A program made the position numbers and the translations under genes. A DNA stretch of 63,687 bases, counting the filler, from Sphacelaria rigidula (taxonomy: Eukaryota): NCBI GenBank assembly GCA_964200075.2. It is 11 parts of 11 records of this genome, joined end to end, with 100 filler letters (N's around TTAATTAATTAA, not from the genome) between each part and the next. Parts side by side here need not be neighbours in the genome. Positions count along the whole stretch, not along the records: positions 1 to 5,699 come from CAXNAA020025151.1; positions 5,800 to 11,498 come from CAXNAA020025152.1; 9 more parts are not named here. One strand, given 5' to 3'. The notes below the pieces were generated by a model. It ran no database searches and was not told where the DNA came from. It worked only from the letters and a program-made list of their open reading frames with translations. Below are positions 1 to 11,598 of this stretch, piece after piece. Numbering within the stretch: position 1 is the stretch's first letter; each line of letters begins with the position of its first letter.

Positions 1-61
1 CTATCGTTCAGCGTCTTCATCTCGTTATGCTCAAGGAACTTGAGCATTTCTACCCCATGTT

Positions 62-335
62 GGAGGGGGGGGGGAGGGGGGGTATGCATGATTTGCGTGC
101 CGTAGTTATAAGACCGATGACTCTACATCCCTACAAGGCCGGGACAGACGACGCCGGGCTTTCGCCGCACCAGGCTCGCAGTCAGTCAATCACCAAGCGC
201 GACGCGCCGTAATGTGTACGGCGAGTCGCATGAAGGGTGAGCTGCATCCCGCTAGGATTGTTCGACCCAAAGCGTAAAAGTTGTCTTACACATGGATGAG
301 TTGCTCAATTCTCTGGTATCGCCGTTTCCAGAGAC
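62..335 (-). mobile_element. Oligo-C-terminated short retroposon, family A copy (5'-truncated)
   Basis: G-run followed by GTATGCATGATTTGCGTGCCGTAGT...; alignable by eye to 28509-28857, 61790-62149 and 52010-52091. Strand given with the C-run as the 3' end. Confidence 0.75.
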
Positions 336-1024
336 ATGTCTTCAAATTATTTGAACAGTACGCATGAAGGGTTTCAATTTGAAGACAAGATCAACACCGA
401 CACTGACACCTCCAGAGAACCGGAGTATCGACCGGAAAACAACACTGGCTACTCCGGGGTAGCTAAAACCTAAGGGGTCGTACCCGACCCTCAACCCTGC
501 GTTAAACCAGCATTGCAGTATTACAGGTACTGATGTGGTGCCAACGACAGCTCAAAACTCGCTACCCGGGAGTGCTCTTCAAGGGGGTGGTATACTACGC
601 ATGGGTCACATACACCGTATCCTAGCGTGGTATTTTGACTGCGAAACCGGACGGCCATGCACGGTGAGGTTCGGGGAGTGTAGTTTGCTCAGGAAGCGAA
701 CATGGGACCATCATGAGCCAGTTAGCGCTCACTGCCTTGAAGTGAATAGCTCCCTCGTCTAGACACTGATACACCCTGTGAACAGGATGGATGTGCACAC
801 CCGCCACCACTGTTCCTCCAGAGAATACCATGTTACACGTTAGGTGCCAGCACAACCATTGCGTCTACCAGAGCGCGTCGGTGACGTCAAAAATGAGAGC
901 GCTCACTCTTTCAATGGTCAAATGTTCGCTTCCGGAACGATATATATGGTGTATGGTCCGTCCAGGGATGCCACATCATTGATATCCAGAGCTCCTTGCT
1001 CCTCGCAAGTCTCACTGTTCACAG

Positions 1025-1197
1025 TTCGAATTCCAGCAAAACTTCATCGTCCGGAGACTCGAACCACCGAACTCCTGTTGACCATTGGACCACCAGTGAG
1101 CGCCGACTGCTGATTCACGTGTCAAATATCCACTTGTGGAACAAAAGATCGGTGGTTCGAGTCTCCGGACGATCGAGGGTTTGCCTGGGATTCGAAA
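1025..1197. repeat. Inverted pair of Pol III B-box-containing (tRNA/SINE-head-like) segments forming a ~170-bp hairpin
   Basis: 1025-1090 is the approximate reverse complement of 1129-1197; both arms carry TCGGTGGTTCGAGTCTCCGGACGAT. Confidence 0.75.
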
Positions 1198-1479
1198 TGT
1201 CCGCTTCTTGAACAAAGGCAGTAGTACATATGCTCGAATGACGGCAAAAGCAACCACGTACGGGCCTTTCACGATGGATTACTGACTTGTCGTGCATCAA
1301 CTTGCCCGCTACAATCAAGCCGCCGTCACAAGGTAGACGCGTGTACCCGAGGTCACTTACTCTACGGAAACACTGACCAAAATAAGCTCAAGGACAAAAA
1401 AATGAAGGGAATAGAGACCAAAATAATAAACCGACCACGACGCCAGGTCGGGACAGTACCGAGAGAGAGAGAGAGAGAA

Positions 1480-2275
1480 AGTGCGGTGGCATTGATTTGA
1501 GCGAATTCGATCATTTTTTGCGAGTTAGGTCCAAGCGGATACGCAAGCTTTCAATCGTGAAAAAGACGGTGAAATTTGTGAAACGGTACGTGTTCGCTTG
1601 TCTACAGCACAGACAGTGCTGTACTGTCCGCACTGTTTGCGTACAGGGCGTCTGAGTGCGCGCGCGCGCGTGTGTGTGTGTTTGTGTCTATGTGTTTTGT
1701 ACAGTGGGATGTGAAGGAGAAGCGGCCAAGGTGCAGTACAGACAGCGCAGGACTATCTGTACTCTCTGCCTACAGTGCGACGTGAAAAGGACTTGAACAA
1801 CGTGCATACTTGTACTGCCTGCACTGTCCATGAGCGTGTGCGAAAGTGGGTCGCCCAGTTTACCACGCAGTTCCGTCGCCGATCCTCACCAGGAAAGAAG
1901 ATGCCCAACTTTTCGCCAACAAGAAATAAACACACCATCCCAACTCCTGCAGTGTATCCATCCCTGTGTTCAACTCGTGTTTCATGCTGGAGGGTTGCGT
2001 AAAATGATGTGTACGGGGTTTGCGTGATTCTGTGAACGGGTGGTTTCAGACGTGGTGGTCTGCAAGATAGGAGTCAAGTGCCCCTTCGTACATTTCGTCC
2101 GCATATTTTCGATCGAAGAGGCTTGGCTTTGATACTTTTTATTTCTTGTCCGCGCTCCACTAATTATAAAAAATTGCTGAAGCCAGTTAGAAACAGAAAT
2201 GCCTTGAACCTATCGGATCGAAATATTTATTTTCGACCACAATTTTTCGATAAAAAAATGCGCTCGGACACAGCC
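1480..2275 (+). mobile_element. Non-autonomous PIF/Harbinger-like element, degenerate copy of the family at 42289-43308
   Basis: Colinear similarity over ~750 bp with the reverse complement of 42289-43100 (shared CAGGACTATC, AAGGACTT, CTGCAGTGTATCCATCCCTGTG, TGATTCTGTGAACGGGT, GATAGGAGTCAAGTGCC, TTTTCGATCGAA). Confidence 0.7.
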
Positions 2276-2530
2276 TGCAGGAATAGGAGAGAGAAGTGAG
2301 AAGTGAGAAGCGTTGATCACTGCAATCGTGCACCTACTTTCCGATAAATCATTATATACTGGAGTCCTCCCTTCCATACGGTACACTACAATACAACAGC
2401 ATGTACGATAGGGGGTAGTGTCATGTTTGTTGCTTTTCCGCTGCAGCCAGTCGCGAACAGCGTCAAGGGGAATGGGCATGGCTACTCGTGTTTGCCAGCT
2501 GTCTTGTACTTGTTTGTACAGGCGACTGCG

Positions 2531-2887
2531 GTATGTGTATGCTGTAATCCCATCTATTCCGGACGCCGGCCTACATTTTTCGGTATATGTAGGCGCACCA
2601 GCCGGGGTCACACAGGAGGAAGACCGACACGGGAGTTTTTTTCTTTTTCTTTTCATTCTCCACCTTCCTTTTGAGGTGCTTGCCTTCTGTTATTTTATCG
2701 CGAGAGGGGTTCAGCAGTCCCTTTCCCTCGTCGACCATTACGTCGAATGTCGTATTTCAACGACATAATCGCTCTCTACTGTTGGGCATTGTGTGAGAAA
2801 AAATCCCAGATCGCTACGAAAATTGAACCCACAACCCAGCCGTGAGAAGGTTTCGAGGTTGCCAACTGAGCCACCGGGGCGACCGGC
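2531..2887 (-). mobile_element. tRNA-derived SINE, full-length copy
   Basis: Minus-strand head GGTCGCCCCGGTGGCTCAGTTGG (A box) ... GGTTCAATT (B box), conserved body, CATACA-type tail; homologous to 27446-27807, 37733-38114 and 57625-57889. Confidence 0.85.
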
Positions 2888-4073
2888 TGTTATGTAGACG
2901 CACTGAAAAATGCATTCGGGCACAGTAACGTTCGTGGGAATAACGCTCACATGTCACGTCTTTCGAGCACAGTGGAGCAAACGGTCCGAGATACAGGAGT
3001 CCACTCAAGTTATACGCAGCTTTGCCAGTCTACAGTACCACACATCATCCGCACAGTGTATTGACACGCCTGCGATGATGCTACAGTACTGTACCGCCTG
3101 TCGTAAGGTACTGTATAGTATTGGGACGGCACTTTCACGTTATTGCACAAGACGGCTCATTGCCGACTATATAAACAACAGAACACCCCTACGAGGGGTG
3201 AATGCCCAGGGGAAACAAATCTCCGAAGATGGATATAACCGTAGACACAAATCCACGCGAATCATTCAAGAATTGGTCTATCATGGTAGCTCCTTTTCAG
3301 TGACAGTACTCTTGTTGTCTGGTAGGTAGACCTGACAGTGTAGAGGACTAGGGCGACACCGCCGCCGGCAGAGTGGGGGCTGCTGTGGGTGTGCGGGGCA
3401 CCGCTGTGCGTGAGGCCGAAAAGGATCCCGCAAAGCAAAATACAACAACGAACCTTGAATGTACAGCTGATCTGACAGCTGACCAGACTTCAAGGCTTGG
3501 GCAAAAGTTCCACCTGGCTGATCAGCTCTCCTTCTATCCTCCACTCTCGATCTTGCTGTACCATGCGCCAGTGTAGTACGGTATATGGCTTCCCGAAGCT
3601 CTCCCCAGCTCGCGTGAGAGTCACCGAAAATGTGTCATTTTCTAACATGTATCTTCTGTACCATATGTCGTTTTCTTTCTTCACCGCATAGCGGCAATTT
3701 CCCCGCCTCTCTCTTTTGGCCTATGCGTATACTTCCTCGCGTGCTCCTTTTATCTGAACAGAAATGAAAATGATAGCTATGTATTCGTTCCAAGTGCGAT
3801 GTACAATTATAATGGGGCTCGTCCTTCTATGACCGCGGGTTTGAGCATCGAACGAATATATAAACGAAAATGGTGAATTTGGTGCACGATGCCTCCTGTC
3901 GTGGCCTTGAACTGCTGTGTAGTGTGATCCCAGACAATCACCGGACAGAGCAGCTGACAGAGCGAAGTGCTCTGAACCTTCGCGTTGGCAACTTGTTGAT
4001 TCAGCCCGCGTTTTCTTCGGAGTTTTTCATAAAACTTGAGATATAGATTGAGGTAAACAGAGATTCCCCACCA

Positions 4074-4322
4074 ATGGATGTTTCTGGCGAAACGGTCGCG
4101 ACGGCACCATCTATATCTGAAAAATGCGATCAAGATCACCGTGAAACGGGCGGAAATACTCCTGCTGACGCCGAAGCCGTGAAGCCTGTGGGGATCACTG
4201 CTGCCGAAAGACGCACTGGACCCGCCCCTCATACGTCGTTCTCTACCTGCTTCCCTGCTCTGAGCCAGGAAACATTGGAGGTGGTACGGGACATGGGCTT
4301 TAACAGCATGACACCCGTCCAG
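4074..4322 (+). CDS. First coding exon of a DEAD-box RNA helicase, probably DDX55/Spb4-like
   Basis: ATG to SFSTCFPALSQETLEVVRDMGFNSMTPVQ contains the upstream Phe plus the Q motif (GFxxxTPVQ); ends at CAG|GTGTGA donor, phase 0. Later exons not found in this contig. Confidence 0.8.
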
Positions 4323-4929
4323 GTGTGAAAACATATTTCGTACATCCTCACCCGACGGCAGCGAGTCTTACCCCCTACGTGTACAAAAGTACAGACTGCA
4401 TACCGCTGACTGTCCGTCGTCGAGAACTGCGTATATCGTATCGGCGTATGGGCGCCCGCATCTGTCTTACCCCCTTTTTTCTAGACCGGAGCTCGTACAC
4501 TCTTGAAGTACCTCGTTTATCAGACAATCAAGTCGTTTCCCGACGAAGAAGCCTTGGGTGGTATACGAGTAGTCGGCGCAGCAGTTGTAGCGGATCGTGG
4601 GTTGGAGGGTGGTATTGTACGTACGCTGTTCCGCGTGCCGGAAAAGAAAAAGTGAAGGAGAGTGGGGGGGGATATGATTTGGTCGACGAAACAGCCCTGG
4701 AGTTTTTGAGCCCATCTCCTATTGCATTGTTACTCTACTTTGAGACAACCATGTGCATGAAACGTTCCGACACCGTAGCAGAGTTTGTGCAGATCCTCAA
4801 CTCGTTTCAGGATGTAGTAACCGCCGCTCCGACTAGATGCACACGGTGGTGGATGACGCGATACAATAGTAGGGGCACAATCGTCGACTTCAAACACCGT
4901 CCAGTGGTGCCTGTTCTTATCGAAGACGA

Positions 4930-4950
4930 TTAACCCTTTTGGGACCGACT
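4930..4950 (+). mobile_element. Possible left terminus of a piggyBac-family element
   Basis: TTAA followed by CCCTTTTGGGACC, near-identical to the TIR of the TTAA-flanked MITE at 56834 (CCCTTTTGGAACC). No matching right end seen. Confidence 0.4.
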
Positions 4951-5699
4951 CCCCACTAACGCAGGGTTGAACCTGTGTTCGTGACATGATAAAAAATAAG
5001 CAAGGAAGCGACCTGCCCAATCACGGCGAGGCGAAATTTATCCACCAGACCCGAACGACCAGCTCGGGGATTGCAGGCGAGTGTGATGCCCCTGCAAAAT
5101 TCGTCTAGGGACCTTATCCCTGGCCCAAACAAGCCTTCCCAGGTTTCCAAGTGCAGGACGGTCGGAACTTGGTTTGTAGTATTACTTGCACTCAGTATAG
5201 CGTTCCCGAGTTTTTCCGGACGGTTTCCTGGGTCCCAATTCTATATTAAAACGTAGTAATTACACCAACACAGGGTTGAGCGGAAAAAAACGGAAGGAGT
5301 GTACATGGCACAATGTGGTCATTTTCACGAGGCACTAAACCCAGGTGGGCTGTGGGAAGACAAAAGGAGCTACTCGTACCGTCATGAGCTCTGCTTATCC
5401 CTCTGCCGATGACTTGCAGTGTGCGGTGAGGAAGTACGTAGTGGATGGGTATGAAGAAGCTGTATATAGGCAGTTGATCTCGGTAGCTGAAAACTGCCCA
5501 AAACTTGTGCGTGAGTATGCTGCTGCAGCTGCGACGGCGATCGGGGAGGCGTACTACACTGTACTGTATGCATGCGCGCCGCAACGCTGATGCCCTTCAA
5601 AGAGAATTTTCCGCATGCAACGAAGAGGGAAATGGCAGCCCGCCCCGACCACAAAGGGCTGTGTGGCAAGGTGATGGGGACAATAATATCGTCCAAAGC

Positions 5700-5799
5700 N
5701 NNNNNNNNNNNNNNNNNNNNNNNNNNNNNNNNNNNNNNNNNNNTTAATTAATTAANNNNNNNNNNNNNNNNNNNNNNNNNNNNNNNNNNNNNNNNNNNN
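5700..5799. other. Artificial contig linker (also at 11499-11598, 17298-17397, 23097-23196, 28896-28995, 34695-34794, 40494-40593, 46293-46392, 52092-52191, 57890-57989)
   Basis: N44 + TTAATTAATTAA (stops in all six frames) + N44, repeated every 5,798-5,799 nt. Confidence 0.99.
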
Positions 5800-6599
5800 T
5801 ACCGCCACAATTATATTTCCCAATTGCCGCTGTGCTGCTGCCACCATTTCCATTCACCACCGCGCCTCGACAACCATACTTCATCACAACCCCCAGTCCG
5901 ACACGATCAATGCCAACACCACTCCCGCCACCTCCGATACAATCGGCACCACATTTCAATGCGTGGCGTCGTCGGCGCCGGTGAAACGAAGCGGGGAGGC
6001 GGTGCCGATGGGTTGGAGCAGGGAAGTGATACCGGTGGAGTTGAGCAAGGATGCGGAGCCGTTTCGATGGAGGAGGGGGGACGTGACCATGAAAGAATGC
6101 AGAAAGCTGAAGATGGATTTTGGAGAACATTATTCTCCGTTGTAGACGGTCAAGTATTCATTTGCAGACCACTTCAACTTGATGGGAGATTCATGCATTG
6201 GATATTTTGATTTTGAGTAAAAGCGCAGCAATGTGACCACTATCCGAATGCAGTGATTTGACTTGTAAGCACCATATCTGCAACAGCGATTGAGATGCAC
6301 GACAAGGATTTGTTTGATCTTGCATGAGGATATTACGCTTTGTAGTGTATCATGCATTTCACAGTTCGATTTGAGTTCGACTTTTGTGTGATTCACGCTC
6401 GTTTTTTTTCATATCATCACGGAGATGACATGATGGGAATTTTCCCTTCATTCGAAAGTTTCCAAGCATGTGCTGTCGCCACGAAAATTGTCAAGGGGCC
6501 GATCAAGATACATTTGTATTTTATGGATCATGGCAAATGACGGATTCTATTTGGTAGATGAATCTATTGATCTTGGATTTCCGGCCATACGTTTATGAG

Positions 6600-6935
6600 A
6601 TATTTTTGGACAAACACGTCCCGAGTTTTGACATTTTATGCTCCCGAAAATGGCGAGATGATATGGGGTCGGGGGGCATATAATGTAGGAAGTAACTTTC
6701 CGTGATGACTTTTAATTTTTTCTTGCTGAGTCCCCCATATACTCCGGCACTTGCATGATGAGAGAAGTATGTTTTTCTTGGGATATTTGAGGGACGTACG
6801 TCAAGAGATTTGAGAATTTATGCCCCCGAAAATAGTGAGATGGTATGGGGTCAGGGGGGCACATAATTCAGGAGTCAATGCTCCATGATGATTTTGTTTT
6901 TTATTGCTGAATCTTTCATGTATCCCGGCATTTGT
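6600..6935. repeat. Diverged tandem duplication, ~183-bp period
   Basis: TTTATGC(T/C)CCCGAAAAT.G.GAGATG.TATGGGGTC.GGGGGCA.ATAAT occurs twice, at ~6635 and ~6817. Confidence 0.75.
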
Positions 6936-8579
6936 GTTTGAATTTGCCCAATCTCATGGAATGGAACTACGATTTTTTGTGTGATATGAGTAAGGTTCAG
7001 CCTCAACGTGGGGGGCTAATTGACGATTGTCGAGCTGAACAATAGTGCATGTGTACTTGGATTAATTCGGGTACATGCGATGCAGATTGACGAAGCATCA
7101 TGGATATCGGATCGCGCACGTTGACGGATTATGTTATGACTGGGTGTGCGAACAATTGGTGGAACCCATATGCAGTCCTCCCTACCGTACTCAGTTGTGT
7201 TTTAGGGTGCATTTTAGGCATTGTATTTCGGGTGGAGAAAGCAGCTCGGGTGGAGCTTGCACGATTGATATGTGGTGAGTGAAGGTTATAAGAGGTTAAT
7301 AAAAGAAGAAGGTATACACACTCCCCTGTCCAGAGGGCGTCCCCTACGGGATCATCCCTTCATCAAATAGGACTGTGGGGCAGTGTGCTGTACCAAATCA
7401 CGCGCCTCGGCGGTAGAAGTATCGAACGAATAGGCTATGGCAGACGAACAGTTACTGACTTCGAATTGGGTGGGCGGCGATACTACGCTATAAGAAAATC
7501 GAGATGCGAACGAATCATGCCGGCGATCGCCTCACGGTATAATTCGGCGACAGCATAACACGAGCACCGTACTCGAATTCACCGCCTCCGACGGTCTGAG
7601 GTGCCAGGAAGAACTCCACGAACTGTCCCTCCACGAGCACTGCCATGATTTTTTGGCGTTCGGCATATCCCCTGTCAGTCGCCACATCGCGCATCGTGCA
7701 TGACCGTGGAGTCGCATCAGACACGATACAGTCTACATCGACGTCGACGCACGCGCGAGCGAGTATTCACCAGCGCAATGACTGTGGGTGTACGCGAGTG
7801 TTGGAGGCGCCAACCAAAGGGGGACACCGTCGAATGCACGGTCAATTGTCGTTCGTACTTGTTTGTGCCGTGCGTCACTGGAGAGCACATAGGTAGAGCG
7901 AACACCATTTGAGCTGCTGCATCGACTTGTAGAGACACGAACTTCAACGGCTCCTGATTGACCTTCGCTCGAATGGTAGCCTGACTGATGAAAGCCAGGC
8001 GCTGACGGTCTCGACTGTAACGGTCGAGGGGAGGCCCGCATCGTAAGATTGATGAGGAATATCTCGAGCGTTGTATCCACCATTGGGACAAACCACGTGC
8101 CTCAACCCGTGGTCCCATGAAGACGAACTCGGGATTGAAGGAGATACAGAAACACCCGCTCAGGAGGCGTGACGTAACTACAGATATTAAAAACACAAAC
8201 ATAGATCATAAACTCAGATCAACATACACACGATAAACGAAACCAATCCGAAATAACGAACTAAAAGTAAGCTAGGTAAATGATAAGAAAAACGGTCGGC
8301 TGTTGATACGCGGCTCGGGCGGAGAGGATTTCCGCCAAGACAACGTCTAAGCTTCAATGAAAGCTGACACCTACACGATCATTTTGACACATCACTTGAT
8401 CGCAACTACATAGTCAGTCCATTGCCACAAAAAATCCCCTCTCTCAGGAAAAACCGATTAGTGCCTGCAACAGTTTCAGTTCCGAAATGCCCCCCAGGCG
8501 TAAAAATGCGTCGTGCAGTATTTCACCAACCAGACTGCCGGAATCCTCGGATGGGGTACTGTACGGTAGCTGCATGCAC

Positions 8580-8959
8580 AGCACGTGCGCGCAAGCAAAG
8601 AATAGGAAAATAAGTTGCCTGTTAGGAATGCTAGAGCATCCACTCTGAATCTGAAACTACCCTCTGAATCTCACAAATACAGTGTTACTTACGATACCCA
8701 AGATACCAGGGTATTTCGAGATTTCAATACCCACCGTACCGGTCCAATCCGGTATTTTCAAAACTCATACCTACGATACCTATACGCATACCACGGTATG
8801 GGATACCCCGGTAAATACCGGGGGTACGCTCGGTACGGTACCTTACCTGCGGTGCCTCTGCACATGTGCTCAAGCAAAAACAAAATAATAAAAGTATCCT
8901 GTTGGGAACGCTAGAGCATCCACTCCGAATCTGATACTACCCTCTGAATCTCACGAATA
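8580..8959. repeat. ~100-bp direct repeats flanking a GATACC/GGTAC-rich MITE-like segment
   Basis: CCTGTT.GGAA.GCTAGAGCATCCACTC.GAATCTGA.ACTACCCTCTGAATCTCAC at ~8618 and ~8898. Confidence 0.8.
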
Positions 8960-10916
8960 GGGTCTTCCGGGTGCATCACGGTGAGAAACCCAGTTGAGCA
9001 ATACACTTTGCCCTCAGAGGTGTTCCACGGGTCTATGTCGCATATAAAACCGCATGTAGACTGGGTTGGACCATGCCATGTTCGAGATTCAGAATCATTC
9101 TATCGCCATAATATCACACGCGCCTCCTTTTTATGACCACGTGAATGTAGGACATATGCATAAATAACAGTACAGGAAGGTCCTTGGACCAGTTTTGAGC
9201 GCAAAAAGTATATCCCCCTATATTGAACAGGGGATTCTATGAAATGAGGTTCATCAATGAAATGAGGTTTGAAGACCCTAGCCCTTGAATGACGAAAAGC
9301 CCTCAGGAGTACCGCACGACACTGCTGATGCGCAGTTTTTGGGAGGAGTAGGAAGTGCGTCCGTGGTTTCACATGCCGCCCATCCCTGGTTAGCTGCAGG
9401 CGACGGAGCATGACAACGTTTGTTTGACTGTCGACGATGTTTTTACTGTTGTTCATCTCGAGGGTCGTGTCCAGACAAAAATCTCGGGCGTCAAGTTGCT
9501 GTCAGTAAGGTCAGTAAGGTGCTGTCAGTGACGTGGTGGGGGGATATCACTGCCAACGCAGTGACGTGCCGAGCGGATGATTGGGCGTCCAATGTCCTGA
9601 AATATCGACGGCCGATGCACAAAGTGAATAGTTTATTGCACGACTCAACCGTACTGCAAATACCCGTCGAGCTTTCCGATCCGGTTCGAGCATATATGAG
9701 GCGGCAATGTCTCTGTCGAAAGAGAAATCGTTGGCATCCACTCCCAAGATCGCTTCGTACGGTCCCGCCATACACACCATCGCAACACCGCATCATGCTA
9801 CATGACAGCATCTCGACCCCGCCCTGAACCGTACGTTCGCGCCCGCATCCCGACCTGTATGTGAACCTATTGCTTTCACTCTCCAACTGCGCCACTGCAA
9901 CTCGAGACTCCAGCGTCATCACTAGTTGCTATTGCCATCACCACCATGATCACCATCGCCATCATTTCCAGTATCACAGTCATCATGGTCATCATCGGGG
10001 GCTACCTCGTCCTCCAACCCCTCTCGACCCGTGCCGCGTGTGGCCCTCAACCACCTTTGCTCGAATCCCGACCCACCTACGACCAGGTCCCCGAGAGTGA
10101 CCGCGATAGGCTGCTTCGCGGTGAGCCTCCCTTTCCTCTCTCGACTCTCTTGCACACTGGCTATTACAACATGCTGCATACCATCTGCGCCGCCTATCGC
10201 AGCGGTAATGTACGAGTCTCTGGGACCGTTGTGCGGTATTTTCGACTTGATCCCCACCACAACCCCCTCCCCGCCCGCATCCCATTCCAAATGGTAGAAT
10301 GGGCACGTGTCTGACACCTCCAAATACAGGGCCGCTTCCGGCTGGCAGGCTTCCCTGCCGGGTTCTACGAGGCGCCTGAGTTGTCTGTTGGATGCGACCG
10401 AGACCATGCGAATACATTTGCTGATGCAGGATTTCTTGAGGTATCGAATCCACAGCCTCTCTAGGCGTGTTGTATACCCTGTACTTTCCCCACAAGGGAA
10501 TTCGAGGGTAGACGATCTTCTGCTGGCCGGGCTTCGTGATGAGGAACAGCGTGTTCATCTGATTGAACATCGAACGCTGCGACCGAATCAACGGTGGACA
10601 AGGTAGAGATGGCCAGCGGAAACGAACATGAGAAAGTCAATTCAGGATACGGAGGAGGGGCGGTGGTTAGAATCAGCGCTCAGACAGGGGTCTCAAAACC
10701 ACGATGTGTAGTTGTTCCCGAAACCGCATGTCCCCCGGGCATCGCGATGTGGACGCGCCCATAAACGGACCCGAAAAAAACTGTTTTTTCACGAAGTGCG
10801 GTAAAGCGGGAGGGAAAACAAATCGATACCACGCAGTAAAACAAAATTACATCTCCAACGGTGCACGAAAAAACAAAAACGCGCACCCATGTCCCACTTT
10901 CTATTTGGACCTCTCA

Positions 10917-11037
10917 GGGGGGGGCGTACTCGTTTGTTGCTTGCCTTAGTCGTTTGACCGTTGACCACGCATCTTTTTCGAGACGGAGCACCGTTCCTAC
11001 TCCTAACAAAGACAGCTCCAATGTTCCGGCGCTCATT
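10917..11037 (-). mobile_element. Oligo-C-terminated short retroposon, family B copy
   Basis: G-run + CGTACTCGTTTGTTGCTTGCCTTAGTCGTTTGACC..., ~120 bp; same family as 26912-27150, 28418-28508, 41157-41232, 50163-50241 and 59860-59954. Confidence 0.8.
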
Positions 11038-11598
11038 ACGTTCCTTTAGCCGCTCACTACGTTTTTTCCAGACATTACACAAAAACCTTTTACATATCTT
11101 ATCTCCGTTCTGTTTCGCCGTCTCTGGCCACTATCTCCTAGTATGGATATCGTCTTCTCCCTACTGCTTAATGCATCAAACGATTGCATACCACCTTCGT
11201 CCACGTCCCGGATTTCCCCCTCTAGCACGTCCCACGCCGTCCCGTTCGAGTAGGGGGGGAAGGGTTCATAGGTGTGCGTTATTTTGTTTTTCGTGCACCC
11301 CCGACATCCCTTCAAATCGTGAGACAGTCGCGTACATATCAGGACGCAAACGGCGGTAAAGGGCGAGGGAAGAGAGGACTACGGGGTTACAGAGTCTTTA
11401 TCGCCCCCCATGCAGCGCGGGTTAGGAAAAAATATAACAGTCGTCGTGTGGAGGAGGGAGTAGATCGACAGAATTGCCTCTGTAGCAAGCAATAGAGANN
11501 NNNNNNNNNNNNNNNNNNNNNNNNNNNNNNNNNNNNNNNNNNTTAATTAATTAANNNNNNNNNNNNNNNNNNNNNNNNNNNNNNNNNNNNNNNNNNNN

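Noticed and set aside
3200..3570. Possible minus-strand exons divergent from the helicase gene
   Set aside because: Splice-like sites exist but I could not build a consistent frame or recognise a protein.
7300..8200. Minus-strand protein-like ORF fragments
   Set aside because: Fragmented and unrecognised; not enough evidence for a call.
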